This document shows positions 43,621 through 54,224 of a stretch of 64,000 nucleotides of DNA, in pieces. How positions within the stretch are numbered: the stretch's first letter is position 1; the number at the start of each line of letters is the position of its first letter. The notes under the pieces are model-generated. The model made no database searches. It was not told where the DNA came from and worked only from the letters and a program-made list of their open reading frames with translations. The translations under genes were made by a program, and so were the position numbers. Source of the stretch: Clostridiales bacterium (lineage in GTDB: Bacteria > Bacillota > Clostridia > Saccharofermentanales > DTU023); assembly GCA_004556455.1 (NCBI GenBank), contig SFGY01000005.1, positions 72,712 through 136,711 of the forward strand. Direction: 5' to 3'.

Positions 43621-45009
43621 ATGTTAAGACATCCTGATTACGATAAAGAGAAGTCGCTGCAGCCTCGTGAAGTACCCAGGTCGTCCGGCTCCCTGGCAAA
43701 GCAGTCAGCAGGAAGCCCCCAAAGTCGCAGACCAGTGAAGAAAAGACGGCGTCCCTCTTACTGGGGGATTCTGCTATTCTTGCTCATTGGCCTGAGCCTT
43801 CTGGCAGGATTATTTTTGTTTCGAGATCGCCTGCCGGGAATAAAATTCCTGGGGAAGAAATTTTTATCATATCTGAAAGCTCCTTTTGAGCAATCAGACA
43901 GAACAGAGATGGATGGGTCCAGACGAGGTTTAAACCTCTCAGAACAGTCTCCTGCGGAAAAGGATGAGCCTTTGGATGACGCGAGCTCAGGGCAGCAAGC
44001 GGCTTCACAAAAAAGCGGGGGAGCGGGTTTATCTGGAGATTTTGAGCCAAAGACGGAATCCGAGCCCTGGATGCTGGACCAGCTTTCAGCCGCCAGCCTG
44101 ATGGGCAGGGACAAGCTTCTCACTCCGCCTGCCAAAGAGATGAGCGGGGCCGAGAGAAAAAAACAGAGCGCCCTGCAAAAGACTCTGCTCAATACAGATT
44201 TTGATACAGCCTCGGTGCTAAGCGAGGCCTATCTTCTCATGGATTATCAGACGGGATTGCCTCTCGCAGAAAAAAATGCCGATGAGCCCCTGGCTCCGGC
44301 TTCCCTGACGAAAGTCATGACAGCCTTGCTGCTACTGGAGCAGTATCCGGTAGAGCAGGATGTTGATCTAAGCACTATGACGGTGAGTATTGAGGCGGAA
44401 GATCTGGAAGGCCTTGTTGAGGCAAATGCAAGTGTGGCGGGTCTCGAAATCGGCGATCAGTTGAGTGTTTACAATCTGGTCGAGGCGATCCTCCTGCCTT
44501 CGGGAGCAGAGGCCTGTGCCGCCGCTGCCCGGGTCATGAGCGGCAGTCAGGAGGCTTTTGTGGCTGCCATGAACCAGCGTGCCCGGGAACTGAGCCTTAA
44601 CGATACCCAGTTTAAAAATCCAACTGGTCTTCCCGAGGAGGGTCATGTATCGACGGCCCGGGACATGGCGCGACTTTTCTGGCAGGCCTGCCAGGACAAA
44701 CGCTTCCTGTCCATCGCCGGCAAAAGCTCTAGCCTCATTGATCGCAGCTCCGCAGGACGTCAGCCTCTTATCCTGAGCAGCACCTACATGCACAAATTCG
44801 ACGAAAACCCTGCGTTTATGGATCGTGTTCTGGCTGGAAAGTCTGGCTTTACCGGAGATGAACAATGTCAGACGACCCTCTTTCTCAAAGATTGGCGTCC
44901 TTATATTCTCGTCACGCTGGGCTGCCCAACGGTCGACCCGCAGTCCAGCCAGGCCGTTCAGGATCAGGTCAGCCTCATCAATAGCCTGATTAAAGATTTC
45001 AGAAAATAG
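43621..45009 (+). CDS. D-alanyl-D-alanine carboxypeptidase (S11 serine peptidase) with N-terminal membrane anchor and long linker
   Basis: SLTKVMT (SxxK), KSGFTG (KTG-like) motifs; one TM near the N-terminus. Confidence 0.8.
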   Translation: MLRHPDYDKEKSLQPREVPRSSGSLAKQSAGSPQSRRPVKKRRRPSYWGILLFLLIGLSLLAGLFLFRDRLPGIKFLGKKFLSYLKAPFEQSDRTEMDGSRRGLNLSEQSPAEKDEPLDDASSGQQAASQKSGGAGLSGDFEPKTESEPWMLDQLSAASLMGRDKLLTPPAKEMSGAERKKQSALQKTLLNTDFDTASVLSEAYLLMDYQTGLPLAEKNADEPLAPASLTKVMTALLLLEQYPVEQDVDLSTMTVSIEAEDLEGLVEANASVAGLEIGDQLSVYNLVEAILLPSGAEACAAAARVMSGSQEAFVAAMNQRARELSLNDTQFKNPTGLPEEGHVSTARDMARLFWQACQDKRFLSIAGKSSSLIDRSSAGRQPLILSSTYMHKFDENPAFMDRVLAGKSGFTGDEQCQTTLFLKDWRPYILVTLGCPTVDPQSSQAVQDQVSLINSLIKDFRK

Positions 45010-45030
45010 ATTTTATATAAACATAAAAAA

Positions 45031-45075
45031 CCGCTCAACGTGCAGGAACTGGAGCAAGTTCGTCGCGTTGAGCGG
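45031..45075. terminator. bidirectional terminator between the carboxypeptidase gene and leuS
   Basis: aaaaaaCCGCTCAACG ... CGTTGAGCGGttt 10-bp stem with A/T tracts on both sides; the loop is long (25 nt). Confidence 0.55.
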
Positions 45076-45124
45076 TTTCATTATTGCGGAGAACAGGCGA
45101 GCTGAGCAGCGGTTTTTCTGCAGC

Positions 45125-47620
45125 TTAGCCCTTGACGACAAAGTTCATCAGGCGGCCTGGTACGGGAATTTCTTTGATAATGCTGCGGCCTCCGAGCCAG
45201 CCTTCAAAACGTGGATCAGCTTTGACCAGAGCGGCCATATCTTCACGCCGGACATCTGAAGGCAGCATCATGCGATCGACAATTTTGCCGTTAAACTGAA
45301 CGGCAATTTCAACCTCAGCCTTTTTAAGATACTTTTCATCAGCCAGGGGCCAGGCCTGGCGGAAGAGGGAAGTCGTATTGCCCCATTTTTCGGCCTGTTC
45401 TTCACAGAAATGAGGGGCGAAGGGGGCCAGAAGGAGAATCAGCGTATGCGCCGCACGGTTTAAAAGTTCCGGCTTAGCAGACTTTAATGCGCGATACACG
45501 CTAATTGCATTCATCAGTTCCATCATGCGGGCAATCGACGTGTTAAATTGAAATTTTTCCGCGTCTTCGGTAACGCCCTTGATGCTTCGGTTAAGCCAGT
45601 AGAGGAGCTCTCGATCCTCACTCGTGAGTGTGGCCTCGTCAAAGCCCTGATCGGCCTTTTTCAACCAGCCCTCGCTGATCCCTTCATCGACGAGTTCTTC
45701 TACTCTCGCAGCAAATTTAGCCACAGCCCGAATGCCGTCGTCATTCCATGGGCCTCCTTCGGTGTAGGCAAAGCCAAAAGCCAGATAGAGGCGGAAAATG
45801 TCGCTGCCGTATTTTTCAACGTAGGGATCCGGAGAAATGGTATTGCCTCTGGACTTCGACATGCGGTTGCCGTCAGGTCCAAGGATAACCCCCTGGTGGA
45901 TCAGGCGGCGGAAAGGTTCGTCAAAGTGAATCAGCCCCATATCTCTCAGCGCCTTGGTAATAAAGCGGGCGTACAAAAGGTGCATGGCAGCGTGTTCCGG
46001 TCCGCCGACGTAGACATCGACAGGGCAGAGGGCGTCAACTTTATCCGTGTCAAAGATGGCCTGATCGTTGCGATTGTCCACATAGCGGAACTGGTACCAG
46101 GAGGAATCCACAAAGGTATCCAGGGTATCCGGGTCGCGCAGAGCATCCCCACCGCATTTCGGGCACTTGCAGTGCATGAAGCCTTCATGCTTTTTCAAAG
46201 GGGAGTCGCCGTGCGGGGCAAATTCCACATCATAGGGGAGCAGCACCGGGAGCTCCTCTTCGGGCACCGGGACCTCACCGCAGTGTTCACAGTAAACAAT
46301 GGGGATGGGTGTGCCCCAGTAGCGTTGACGGGAGACCAGCCAATCGCGCAGACGGTAATTTATTTTATGATTGGCCTTGCCCTCTTTGGCCAGATCGGCA
46401 ACGATGGCGTGCCGTGCTTCTGCCGAAGCCAAACCATCGTATTTTCCACTGTTCAACAAAATGCCATCGTCACAGAAGGGCAGCTCGGGCTGCGATCCAT
46501 CAGCGGGCCCGATCACTCTCCTGATCGGGAGGCTGTATTTCTGCGCAAAGGCGAAATCACGATCATCGTGGGCAGGAACAGCCATAACCACACCGGTACC
46601 ATAGCTTCCGATGACATAGTCGGCGGCCCAGATGGGGACGCGTTCGCCGCTGATGGGGTGAATGGCAAAAGAACCGGTAAAGACACCCGTTTTCTCACGC
46701 GTCGTGGACATGCGGTCAATTTCATTGAGATGACGCGTTTTTTCCTGATAAGCAAGGATATTTTCACGTTCAGCTTCGCTGGTAAGCTGTTCGCAAAGCG
46801 GGCTGTCCGGAGCGACAACCACATAGCTGACACCAAGAAAAGTATCGGCACGGGTTGTAAATACCCGCAACTCCAAAGCTTTTCCATCTTCTCCAAGGAG
46901 CAGTTCACCGTCTTTTTCTGCGTGGAAGCAAAGCTCATCTCCTTCTGAACGGCCAATCCAGTTTATCTGAACTTTTTTGGTGCGCTCAGGCCAATCCAGA
47001 GCATCCAGGCCGTCGATCAGCTCCTGTGCGTAATCGGTAATTTTAAAGAACCACTGCGTAAGATTCTTTTTGCTGACCAGGCTGTGGCAGCGCTCACAGC
47101 TGCCATCGGCCATGACCTGCTCGTTCGCAAGGACCGTCTGACAATGGGGACACCAGTTCACCGGCGCATTTTTACGATAGGCCAGGCCTTTTTTGTAAAG
47201 CTGGAGGAAAAGCCACTGATTCCAGCGGTAATATTCGGGGGTGCAGGTGGCGATTTCGTGATCCCAGTTAAACATGCCCCCCATGGCCTTAAGCTGCTTT
47301 TCCATCGTGACCACGTTTTCCATCGTTGAATCTTTTGGATGAATGCCTGTCTTGATGGCATAATTTTCAGCTGGAAGGCCGAAAGCATCAAAACCCATGG
47401 GCTGGAAAACTTCGTAGCCCTGCATTTTTTTCATGCGGGCGTAACTGTCGGTCAGACTGTAGTTATACCAATGGCCGACGTGAAGCTTTGCAGCGGATGG
47501 ATAGGAAAACATTTCGAGCACATAGAGTTTATCTTTCATGCGCTCCGGGTCAAAGGCGGCAAGCTTTTCTTCCTGCCAGCGCTGCTGCCATTTTGCATCG
47601 GTTTTGCCTGAGTATTTCAT
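45125..47620 (-). CDS. leuS: leucine--tRNA ligase
   Basis: HVGHWYNY (HIGH) and KMSKSRGN (KMSKS) motifs; [16 protein letters not shown] start chosen (ATG 47620). Confidence 0.92.
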   Translation of the reverse strand: MKYSGKTDAKWQQRWQEEKLAAFDPERMKDKLYVLEMFSYPSAAKLHVGHWYNYSLTDSYARMKKMQGYEVFQPMGFDAFGLPAENYAIKTGIHPKDSTMENVVTMEKQLKAMGGMFNWDHEIATCTPEYYRWNQWLFLQLYKKGLAYRKNAPVNWCPHCQTVLANEQVMADGSCERCHSLVSKKNLTQWFFKITDYAQELIDGLDALDWPERTKKVQINWIGRSEGDELCFHAEKDGELLLGEDGKALELRVFTTRADTFLGVSYVVVAPDSPLCEQLTSEAERENILAYQEKTRHLNEIDRMSTTREKTGVFTGSFAIHPISGERVPIWAADYVIGSYGTGVVMAVPAHDDRDFAFAQKYSLPIRRVIGPADGSQPELPFCDDGILLNSGKYDGLASAEARHAIVADLAKEGKANHKINYRLRDWLVSRQRYWGTPIPIVYCEHCGEVPVPEEELPVLLPYDVEFAPHGDSPLKKHEGFMHCKCPKCGGDALRDPDTLDTFVDSSWYQFRYVDNRNDQAIFDTDKVDALCPVDVYVGGPEHAAMHLLYARFITKALRDMGLIHFDEPFRRLIHQGVILGPDGNRMSKSRGNTISPDPYVEKYGSDIFRLYLAFGFAYTEGGPWNDDGIRAVAKFAARVEELVDEGISEGWLKKADQGFDEATLTSEDRELLYWLNRSIKGVTEDAEKFQFNTSIARMMELMNAISVYRALKSAKPELLNRAAHTLILLLAPFAPHFCEEQAEKWGNTTSLFRQAWPLADEKYLKKAEVEIAVQFNGKIVDRMMLPSDVRREDMAALVKADPRFEGWLGGRSIIKEIPVPGRLMNFVVKG

Positions 47621-47832
47621 AAAATTCACCTCGAAATTCTCGGAGATATATTCGCATGTTTTAGAGTATAGCAGAATCAGGAAGGTGAGCGACATAAAGT
47701 CAGCGGAAATCCTCTGCTGGTGTCAGCAGGATGGAAAAACATAAGAACGGGTGTTGGAGCAGGAGTTTATGCAGGAGTTGGGGAAAAACTGCTGGTTTTA
47801 GCCTAAGTTCGATACTTAACTCTGATGCAGGC

Positions 47833-48681
47833 CTAAAATAATTTTGCGCGAAGATAGAGGATAAGCAGGATATGCAGGGGGTAATAGAAGTAGAAAAAGC
47901 TTCGTTGCAGCACGGAAGGCTTTTTTCCCTTTTCTTTTATCGAAAAAATCAGGGGCAGAGCAAAAAGCGAAAAACCCTGGGTCGCTGACCAGTAAAAGAC
48001 GTCGTTGGGGAGTAAATGATAATCGTGAAGAACGATAGAACCGCAGACAAAAAGGATATTCAGGAAGGCAAAGCTAATCATGGCCGTGGAAGCCACCTGA
48101 CCTTCTGGCTCGTTCAAAGCGAGATGAAAAAGCAAAATGGTGAGAAGGCCGTAGACATCGTAGTCAAGCTCAAAGTAAATGGCTGCGGCAAAGCTGAGAA
48201 TGAAAAAGAACAAGCCCAGGCTTATAGCCAAAACCGGATTGAGGCTGAAACCGGGGTTAAAGCGGAAATGCCAGGGATCCGGAATACCGTTACCTTCCTG
48301 GATGGGCTGCATCCTGATGAGCAGGTCGCGGCGACCCCTGAAAATCATTTCCCAGGATGTCAGCAGCACGAGACCCAGCGAGAGAGTGAAAAGAACATTG
48401 GGGTGCGGTTCGATAAACTGCCGTTCCATCACGGGATTGAAGAGCAATTGGCTGACCACTGCGAGAGCAAAGAGACGTAAGGCATATTTGAAAAGATTGT
48501 GAGTTCGGCGAAAACCCAGAGCAAGTTCCCAGGCAAAGATAGGAAAGGCGAGGCGGCCAATAACACGTAAAATCAAATAAAGTTTTGGATCCATGTACAG
48601 GCCCCAATATGCGCCGATGTGATCCAGAGTCATAAATAAAATAGCCAGCAATTTCAGCATGCTTTGGATACCTCCGGCCAA
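47833..48681 (-). CDS. TraX family membrane protein
   Basis: LKLLAILFMTLDHIG N-terminus and polytopic profile typical of TraX-like proteins. Confidence 0.65.
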   Translation of the reverse strand: MAGGIQSMLKLLAILFMTLDHIGAYWGLYMDPKLYLILRVIGRLAFPIFAWELALGFRRTHNLFKYALRLFALAVVSQLLFNPVMERQFIEPHPNVLFTLSLGLVLLTSWEMIFRGRRDLLIRMQPIQEGNGIPDPWHFRFNPGFSLNPVLAISLGLFFFILSFAAAIYFELDYDVYGLLTILLFHLALNEPEGQVASTAMISFAFLNILFVCGSIVLHDYHLLPNDVFYWSATQGFSLFALPLIFSIKEKGKKPSVLQRSFFYFYYPLHILLILYLRAKLF

Positions 48682-48843
48682 GGGGAAGCCCGTATCATCA
48701 GCCCTTTGAGCTATTGTGAGATGGCTTTTCCAAGCGACTTTACCTTGCGCTCCTCAATGGCCTATTGTATCATGATAAGGCTATATGACCAAAGTGGCGG
48801 CGCGATTTACGACCGCCTTCTATATATATGAATTGAGGGTTCC

Positions 48844-49854
48844 ATGGGATTGGGAATGAATATCGGGATCGATCTTGGTACTGCCTCGGTCCTGATTTAT
48901 GTCCACGGAAAGGGTGTCGTTTTGCACGAACCCTCTGTGGTCGCAGTCCATTCACGAACAGGAAAAGTGCTGGCGGTCGGTGAAAAAGCTGCCTTGATGC
49001 TTGGCCGCACACCAAATCAGGTCGAAGCGATTCGTCCGCTTAAAGATGGAGTTATTTCGGATTTTAAAGTGACCGAGGTCATGCTGAAGGCCTTTATCAG
49101 CCGTGTTTGTACCGGCTTTCTGGCGCGTTATTTCAAGCCTACCATCGTGGTTTGCGTTCCCAGCGTGATCACGGGAGTAGAACAGAAAGCCGTTGAAGAC
49201 GCGTGCCGTCATGCAGGCGCGAAAGAAGTTTACCTCATTCGTGAACCGATAGCGGCTGCCATTGGCGCCGGTATCGATATTACTCAGGCTTCCGGCTCCA
49301 TGATTCTGGATATTGGCGGCGGGACGACCGATATTGCGGTGATCTCCCTCTGTGAGGCTGTGGTGGACAGCTCGCTGCGCGTGGCCGGAGATAAATTTGA
49401 CGAGGCCATCATTAAATATATTCGCCGTAAACACAACGTATTAATTGGAGATCCTACCGCAGAGGATTTAAAGAAAAATATCGGCTGCGCCTATCCGCGT
49501 GAAGAAGAACTGTCCATGGAAGTGCGCGGCCGCAATCTGATTACAGGCATGCCGGCAACCTTGAATATTACCTCTACGGAAATGCTTGAGGCTTTGGAAG
49601 AGCCGGTCAGCCAGGTTTTTGAAGCGGTTCACTCGGTCCTCGAAAGAACGCCCCCGGAACTGATGGCGGACATATCTCAACGCGGCATTTTGATGACGGG
49701 CGGTGGAGCGCTGCTCTATGGTTTAGACCGCATGCTTTCCACGAAAGTCGGAGTTGAAGTCATCATTGCTGAGGATCCTATTTCCTGCGTGGCGATTGGC
49801 ACAGGGCTAGCCCTCAACATCATGGATAAATTTAACACGCTTGACACAGTATGA
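48844..49854 (+). CDS. mreB: rod shape-determining protein MreB/Mbl
   Basis: IGIDLGTAS, DIGGGTTDIAV, LTGGGALL actin-fold motifs. Confidence 0.9.
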   Translation: MGLGMNIGIDLGTASVLIYVHGKGVVLHEPSVVAVHSRTGKVLAVGEKAALMLGRTPNQVEAIRPLKDGVISDFKVTEVMLKAFISRVCTGFLARYFKPTIVVCVPSVITGVEQKAVEDACRHAGAKEVYLIREPIAAAIGAGIDITQASGSMILDIGGGTTDIAVISLCEAVVDSSLRVAGDKFDEAIIKYIRRKHNVLIGDPTAEDLKKNIGCAYPREEELSMEVRGRNLITGMPATLNITSTEMLEALEEPVSQVFEAVHSVLERTPPELMADISQRGILMTGGGALLYGLDRMLSTKVGVEVIIAEDPISCVAIGTGLALNIMDKFNTLDTV

Positions 49855-50103
49855 TGTGAGCTACAGTAGGTGAGTTCGTGCGAATGGCGCACCGGGCGGA
49901 CTTATTCAGTGTCCTGCGAGACGCGCAGCAGAGTCCCTTCGAGCGAGTTCGCGATCACGACCGCAGCAAAGTGAGCTCCTGCATCGCAGTGTACGAGCCA
50001 CAGGTACCACGCTGAAGAGAGAGCGTGTCTGAGACGAGAAGGGGCTGCTGCGGAGCAAGTGAGCGGAAACCTCTCGCCCGTCCGGGCTTAGCTGCTGCTT
50101 TAA

Positions 50104-50766
50104 TTAGGAGATCAGTTTTTCTAAGGCACCGCGGTCAAGGACGGTCACGTAACGTCGGCTGACCTTAATCAGCCCTTCCTTTTTGAGCTTATTTAACTCA
50201 AGACTGAGTGTGGAGCGGTTGGTTTGCAGAATATCGGCAAAGACCTCCTGAGTTCCTGGCATTCTGAAGATGCCGTCTGTTCCGGTTGAACTCAAAAACC
50301 AGAAAGCCAGACGCTGTGCGACCTTAGGATATGTTGTGGTGCGGATCACTTTCTTGTTGTAATTGCAGTATTTTGAAACAAAAATGAGGACGTTTTCCAT
50401 AAACGATGCGTCCTCTTTGATGATGCTCTGCAGATTCCTGCTGGGAAGAAGAAGAACCTCAGCGTCTTCGTGGCAGGTAATGGTATAGGGCAAATAATGA
50501 ACTTCACTGTAAACCAGATAAAAAGGAAAAGCATCATACGCATTATAGTATGAGGAAACAATTTCTCCACCATTAATCGTAAATTCGCTTGTCTTGAGAC
50601 AGCCGCTGATGATGACGTAAATGCTGCGAAGTTCGTCACCGAAAGCGGCAACGACTTCTCCGGCCTTATAATGCCTGCGTACGATCGGCAGCTTCTCCAG
50701 AGCAAGGATTGAAGCTCTGGAAATGCCTTGGAAAAGCTTTAATTTAGATAAATCCATATAAAGCAT
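50104..50766 (-). CDS. Crp/Fnr family transcriptional regulator
   Basis: cNMP-binding-like N-domain and C-terminal HTH (TQEVFADILQTNRSTLSLELNKLKKEGLI). Confidence 0.8.
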   Translation of the reverse strand: MLYMDLSKLKLFQGISRASILALEKLPIVRRHYKAGEVVAAFGDELRSIYVIISGCLKTSEFTINGGEIVSSYYNAYDAFPFYLVYSEVHYLPYTITCHEDAEVLLLPSRNLQSIIKEDASFMENVLIFVSKYCNYNKKVIRTTTYPKVAQRLAFWFLSSTGTDGIFRMPGTQEVFADILQTNRSTLSLELNKLKKEGLIKVSRRYVTVLDRGALEKLIS

Positions 50767-51201
50767 AATCTAGTTTCTATCCCCGTTGTCGAGCAGCTTT
50801 CTATTTTTCCTGTTGAACCGCTTTTTTCCCGTGTCGTTGAGTATTTTTTATCCATGCTTTGTATAGCGATCTATTAATAGAGTTGAGCAGCGATAGATTT
50901 CTGAAAAGCAAGGGTTAAAAAGGGAAAAAGAGCTTCTCCAATTCTTTTAATCTTCTCAAATTCTTTTAATATCGATATAGACGATGATATTCATTGTATG
51001 AAAGAAGTCTTTTACAGATTTAGTTAGAATTCTAACGTTTTTCAAAACAATATTACCATAAAATTTAGCAAAATAAACAAAAATAATGATGACATAACGT
51101 GCCGCGATGCTGTGCATGAAGAGAAAGGAGGATGGATTTTTACTTTTAGCAAAGGCAGCGGTGAAAAAGGTCCAAAAGAGGATGGAGGAGGGAGAAAGGT
51201 C

Positions 51202-51570
51202 GTGAATGAACCCCTGGTCGTCAGCAATAATCCCCAAATTGACAAAGTGGATATTTATGTAGAAGGAGGTTTTCTTGATGTTTTGATTCGCTGCAGGGAC
51301 TTGGTCTATTTGGGGCACCGACTTTTAGTTCATCCCCTCTTTGCCAGCATCCGCATGATTTACAGTCCGCTGCGAACCCTGATGCTTTCCCGTGAGACAT
51401 TCAGTCATAAAGAAAACCAGGATTCGGAGATCCTTATTGCTGACGCTATTGAAAAGTATCAGCGGACTATGGGTCAGAGAAAAGAAGACCGGATCCATTT
51501 TGATGATTACGCCAAAGTGGATAAAAGCCTGCATGAACAGGCCATACGAGAACTTGGCTGTTCAGTTTAA
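51202..51570 (+). CDS. grdX: GrdX-like protein
   Basis: GTG start after GGAGGAGGGAG. PLVVSNNP...DVLIRCRDLVYLGHRLLVHPL matches the GrdX pattern (ITNNP...RDLVH.GH.LL.HPL), and the gene is positioned directly before the grdE-like gene. Confidence 0.7.
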   Translation: MNEPLVVSNNPQIDKVDIYVEGGFLDVLIRCRDLVYLGHRLLVHPLFASIRMIYSPLRTLMLSRETFSHKENQDSEILIADAIEKYQRTMGQRKEDRIHFDDYAKVDKSLHEQAIRELGCSV

Positions 51571-51594
51571 TGCAAGATACGAGGAGGTAAGAAC

Positions 51595-52881
51595 GTGAAG
51601 TTAACATTCAGAGATATTCTCATCAAGGATATCCAGATGGGCGAAACCATGGAGGTCAGGGATCATATCCTTTTCATTGATCGGAAAGCGCTTCGCGAGC
51701 ATTTACTGAAGGATGAACGGATCACTGACGTTAAAGTGGATATTGCCCGCCCGGGTGAAAAGACCCGCATCATTCCGGTCAAAGATGTCATTGAACCACG
51801 CTTTAAAGAAGAGGGAGGCGGCAACGGCTTTCCCGGTGTTACACAGAAGTCTGTTCCCTTAGGGAATGGTATTGTCAGGCGGCTGCGCAATACGACTGTG
51901 GTGACGGTTGGAGATCTTGTTGGCTTCCAGGAAGGGGTCATTGATATGTGGGGAAAAGGTGCGGATTATACACCTTTTTCAAAAACTCTCAATCTTGTTA
52001 TCGACATAAGCGTCAAAAAAGATCTTAATCCACATGAGCATGAAGAGACGGTGCGCCTTGCAGGTCTGAAAGCCGCTGAGCTTATCGGTCTTGCCGCTAA
52101 AAATGCAGACGTGGATGAATGTCACGAAATGGAAATCGGCAGTATCCGCGAAGAAGCAGAAAAATATCCTGATCTTCCCAGAATTGCCTATATTGAGATG
52201 TTAATCAGCCAGGGGCTTCTACATGACGGCTATATTTATGGTGTGAAGTCATCTCAGATTCTGCCAACCCTTCTGCATCCCTTTGAGGAGCTGGATAACG
52301 CTGTGATCAGCGGAAACTGTGTCGCGGCCTGCGATAAAATCACCACCTATCAGCACCAGAACAACAGTGCAATTCTCGATCTCCTGGCTCAGCATGGCAA
52401 GACCATTAACTTTGTCGGAGTCATCGTGACGCCAGAACTCACCACTTTGGACGGCAAATTTAAAACCTGCGATTTTACCGCCAAACTGGCCAAACACCTT
52501 GGCTGCGACGGGGTGATCATTTCCGAGGAAGGATATGGCAATCCGGACTCCGATCTTGTGATGATCTGCTCACGTTGTGAAAAGGCGGGGATTAAATCGG
52601 TTTTAATTACCGATGAATGCTCCGGCTGGGATGGCATGAGTCAGCCCCTTACAGATACAGCAGCCGAGGCGCAGGCTGTGATTAGTACCGGCAATGTCAG
52701 CTATGTTTTGGAGCTTCAGCCTGCAGACAAAGTCATAGGCAATATTGAAGCGGTCAAAACCCTGGCGGGTGGATGGGACGGCTGCCTTGAAGCAGATGGC
52801 AGCATGAAGGTTGAGTTAAATGCTGTTATTGGCGCCTGCAGTGAAATCGGTTACCACAATGTCTCAGTTGCCCTCTACTAA
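51595..52881 (+). CDS. grdE: glycine/sarcosine/betaine reductase component B alpha/beta proprotein (GrdE/GrdG/GrdI family)
   Basis: 428-aa ORF, GAGGAGG RBS, GTG start; contains the Asn-Cys autoprocessing context VISGNCVAACDK typical of pyruvoyl-forming GrdE proproteins. Confidence 0.8.
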   Translation: MKLTFRDILIKDIQMGETMEVRDHILFIDRKALREHLLKDERITDVKVDIARPGEKTRIIPVKDVIEPRFKEEGGGNGFPGVTQKSVPLGNGIVRRLRNTTVVTVGDLVGFQEGVIDMWGKGADYTPFSKTLNLVIDISVKKDLNPHEHEETVRLAGLKAAELIGLAAKNADVDECHEMEIGSIREEAEKYPDLPRIAYIEMLISQGLLHDGYIYGVKSSQILPTLLHPFEELDNAVISGNCVAACDKITTYQHQNNSAILDLLAQHGKTINFVGVIVTPELTTLDGKFKTCDFTAKLAKHLGCDGVIISEEGYGNPDSDLVMICSRCEKAGIKSVLITDECSGWDGMSQPLTDTAAEAQAVISTGNVSYVLELQPADKVIGNIEAVKTLAGGWDGCLEADGSMKVELNAVIGACSEIGYHNVSVALY

Positions 52882-52905
52882 AAGGAAAAGGGGAGTGAAG
52901 AAAGA

Positions 52906-54204
52906 ATGAAAAAAATACTTTATTACGTTAATCAGTTTTTCGGACAGGTGGGTGGAGAAGAGAAAGCAGATATCGCCCCAACTTTCGTGAAGGAAAGCAT
53001 CGGGCCTGCACTTGGTTTTGCTCAGGCTGTCAAAGGCCAGGCTGAAGTCTGCGGAACCATGATCTGCGGTGATAACTTCTTCAATGAGCATCAGGAGGAA
53101 GCCCTGGAGTTTCTGAAGAAAATTGTGACTGAAGAAAAACCGGATCTGGTGGTTGCGGGCCCTGCTTTTAATGCCGGGCGTTATGGGATGGCCTGTGCCG
53201 GTGTTGTGGATTTCTGCCTGAAACATGAAATTCCTGTGCTGACGGGAATGTATAAAGAAAACCCCGGGGTAGATCAGATTGCCGGCAAGGCGCTCATCGT
53301 TGAGACGGCTAATTCTGCCGCAGGTATGCGCAAAGCTTTGCCTGTCCTGAGTAAGCTTGCCCTCAAAATGCTTTCAGGAGAAGAGATCGGAAAGCCTCAG
53401 GATGAAGGCTATCTTCCCCGCGGTAAGCGGGAAACCGTGATCGTACCCGAACGCGGCTCTCTGCGGGCTGTGGAGATGCTGATCAAACGTCTGAATGGGG
53501 AAGCTTTTGAGACGGAATTACCGATGCCTGTATTTGACAATGTTTCACCGGCAGAAGCCATCAAGGATCTGTCAAAGGCATGCATTGCCCTTGTGACCTC
53601 TGGAGGTATCGTTCCGCTGGGGAATCCCAGGCATTTACAAAGTGCTTCAGCCCAGATGTGGACAAAAGAGGATGTCAGCTCACTGAAACAGTTAACAGGT
53701 TCGTATATGACCGTTCATGGCGGCTACGACCCGGTCTATGCCAATGCTATGCCTGATCGAGTGGCTCCACTCGATATTCTGCGTGAATTTGAAGAAGAAG
53801 GCTATATTGGCCATGTTTACCCTTACTTTTATGCCACAACAGGAACCGGAACATCCGTAGCCAATGCCCGACGCTTTGGTCAGGAAATTGGCGCAGAACT
53901 TAAGGAGGCAGGAGTAGACGGTGTGCTGCTCACTTCAACCTGAGGAACTTGCACGCGTTGCGGTGCAACGATGGTTAAAGAAATTGAACGTTATGGTATA
54001 CCGATTGTCCACATGGCGACGATTACGACGATCTCTAAATCTGTAGGAGCTAACCGCATTGTCCCAACTACGGCGATCCCGTATCCGGTTGGCGATGCAA
54101 GTCTTGAGGCCGGGGCGGAACACTCATTGCGCAAAAATATGGTGAAAAGAGCGCTTGATGGTCTCGCTACAGCAATCAGTGAAGCAACAGAATTTGAAAA
54201 ATAA
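52906..54204 (+). CDS. grdB: selenoprotein B of a glycine/sarcosine/betaine-type reductase (GrdB/GrdF/GrdH family), UGA-Sec at 53941-53943
   Basis: Track ORFs 52906..53943 and 53971..54204 are in the same frame. Reading TGA as U gives ...GVLLTST-U-GTCTRCGATMVKEIER..., the conserved U-x-x-C-x-x-C redox motif of GrdB-family proteins. Confidence 0.85.
53949..53968 (+). promoter_or_regulatory. SECIS-like hairpin
   Basis: ttgcac-gcgttgcg-gtgcaa (6-bp stem, 8-nt loop) starting 5 nt after the UGA. Confidence 0.6.
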
Positions 54205-54224
54205 AGGATGTTGAGGAGATTATT

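Noticed and set aside
45548-46948. Long antisense ORFs inside large genes (45548..46948 + in leuS; also 3290..4552 - in glyQS, 6395..7567 - in ppdK, 61911..62993 - in nusA, 29112..29999 - in the dipeptidase gene, 4841..5710 -)
   Set aside because: They are shadow ORFs opposite strongly supported conserved genes. Their composition is low-information and they lack RBSs.
47621-47832. T-box leader upstream of leuS
   Set aside because: No T-box sequence (GGUGGNACCGCG) or terminator/antiterminator pair was visible in the ~210-nt upstream region.
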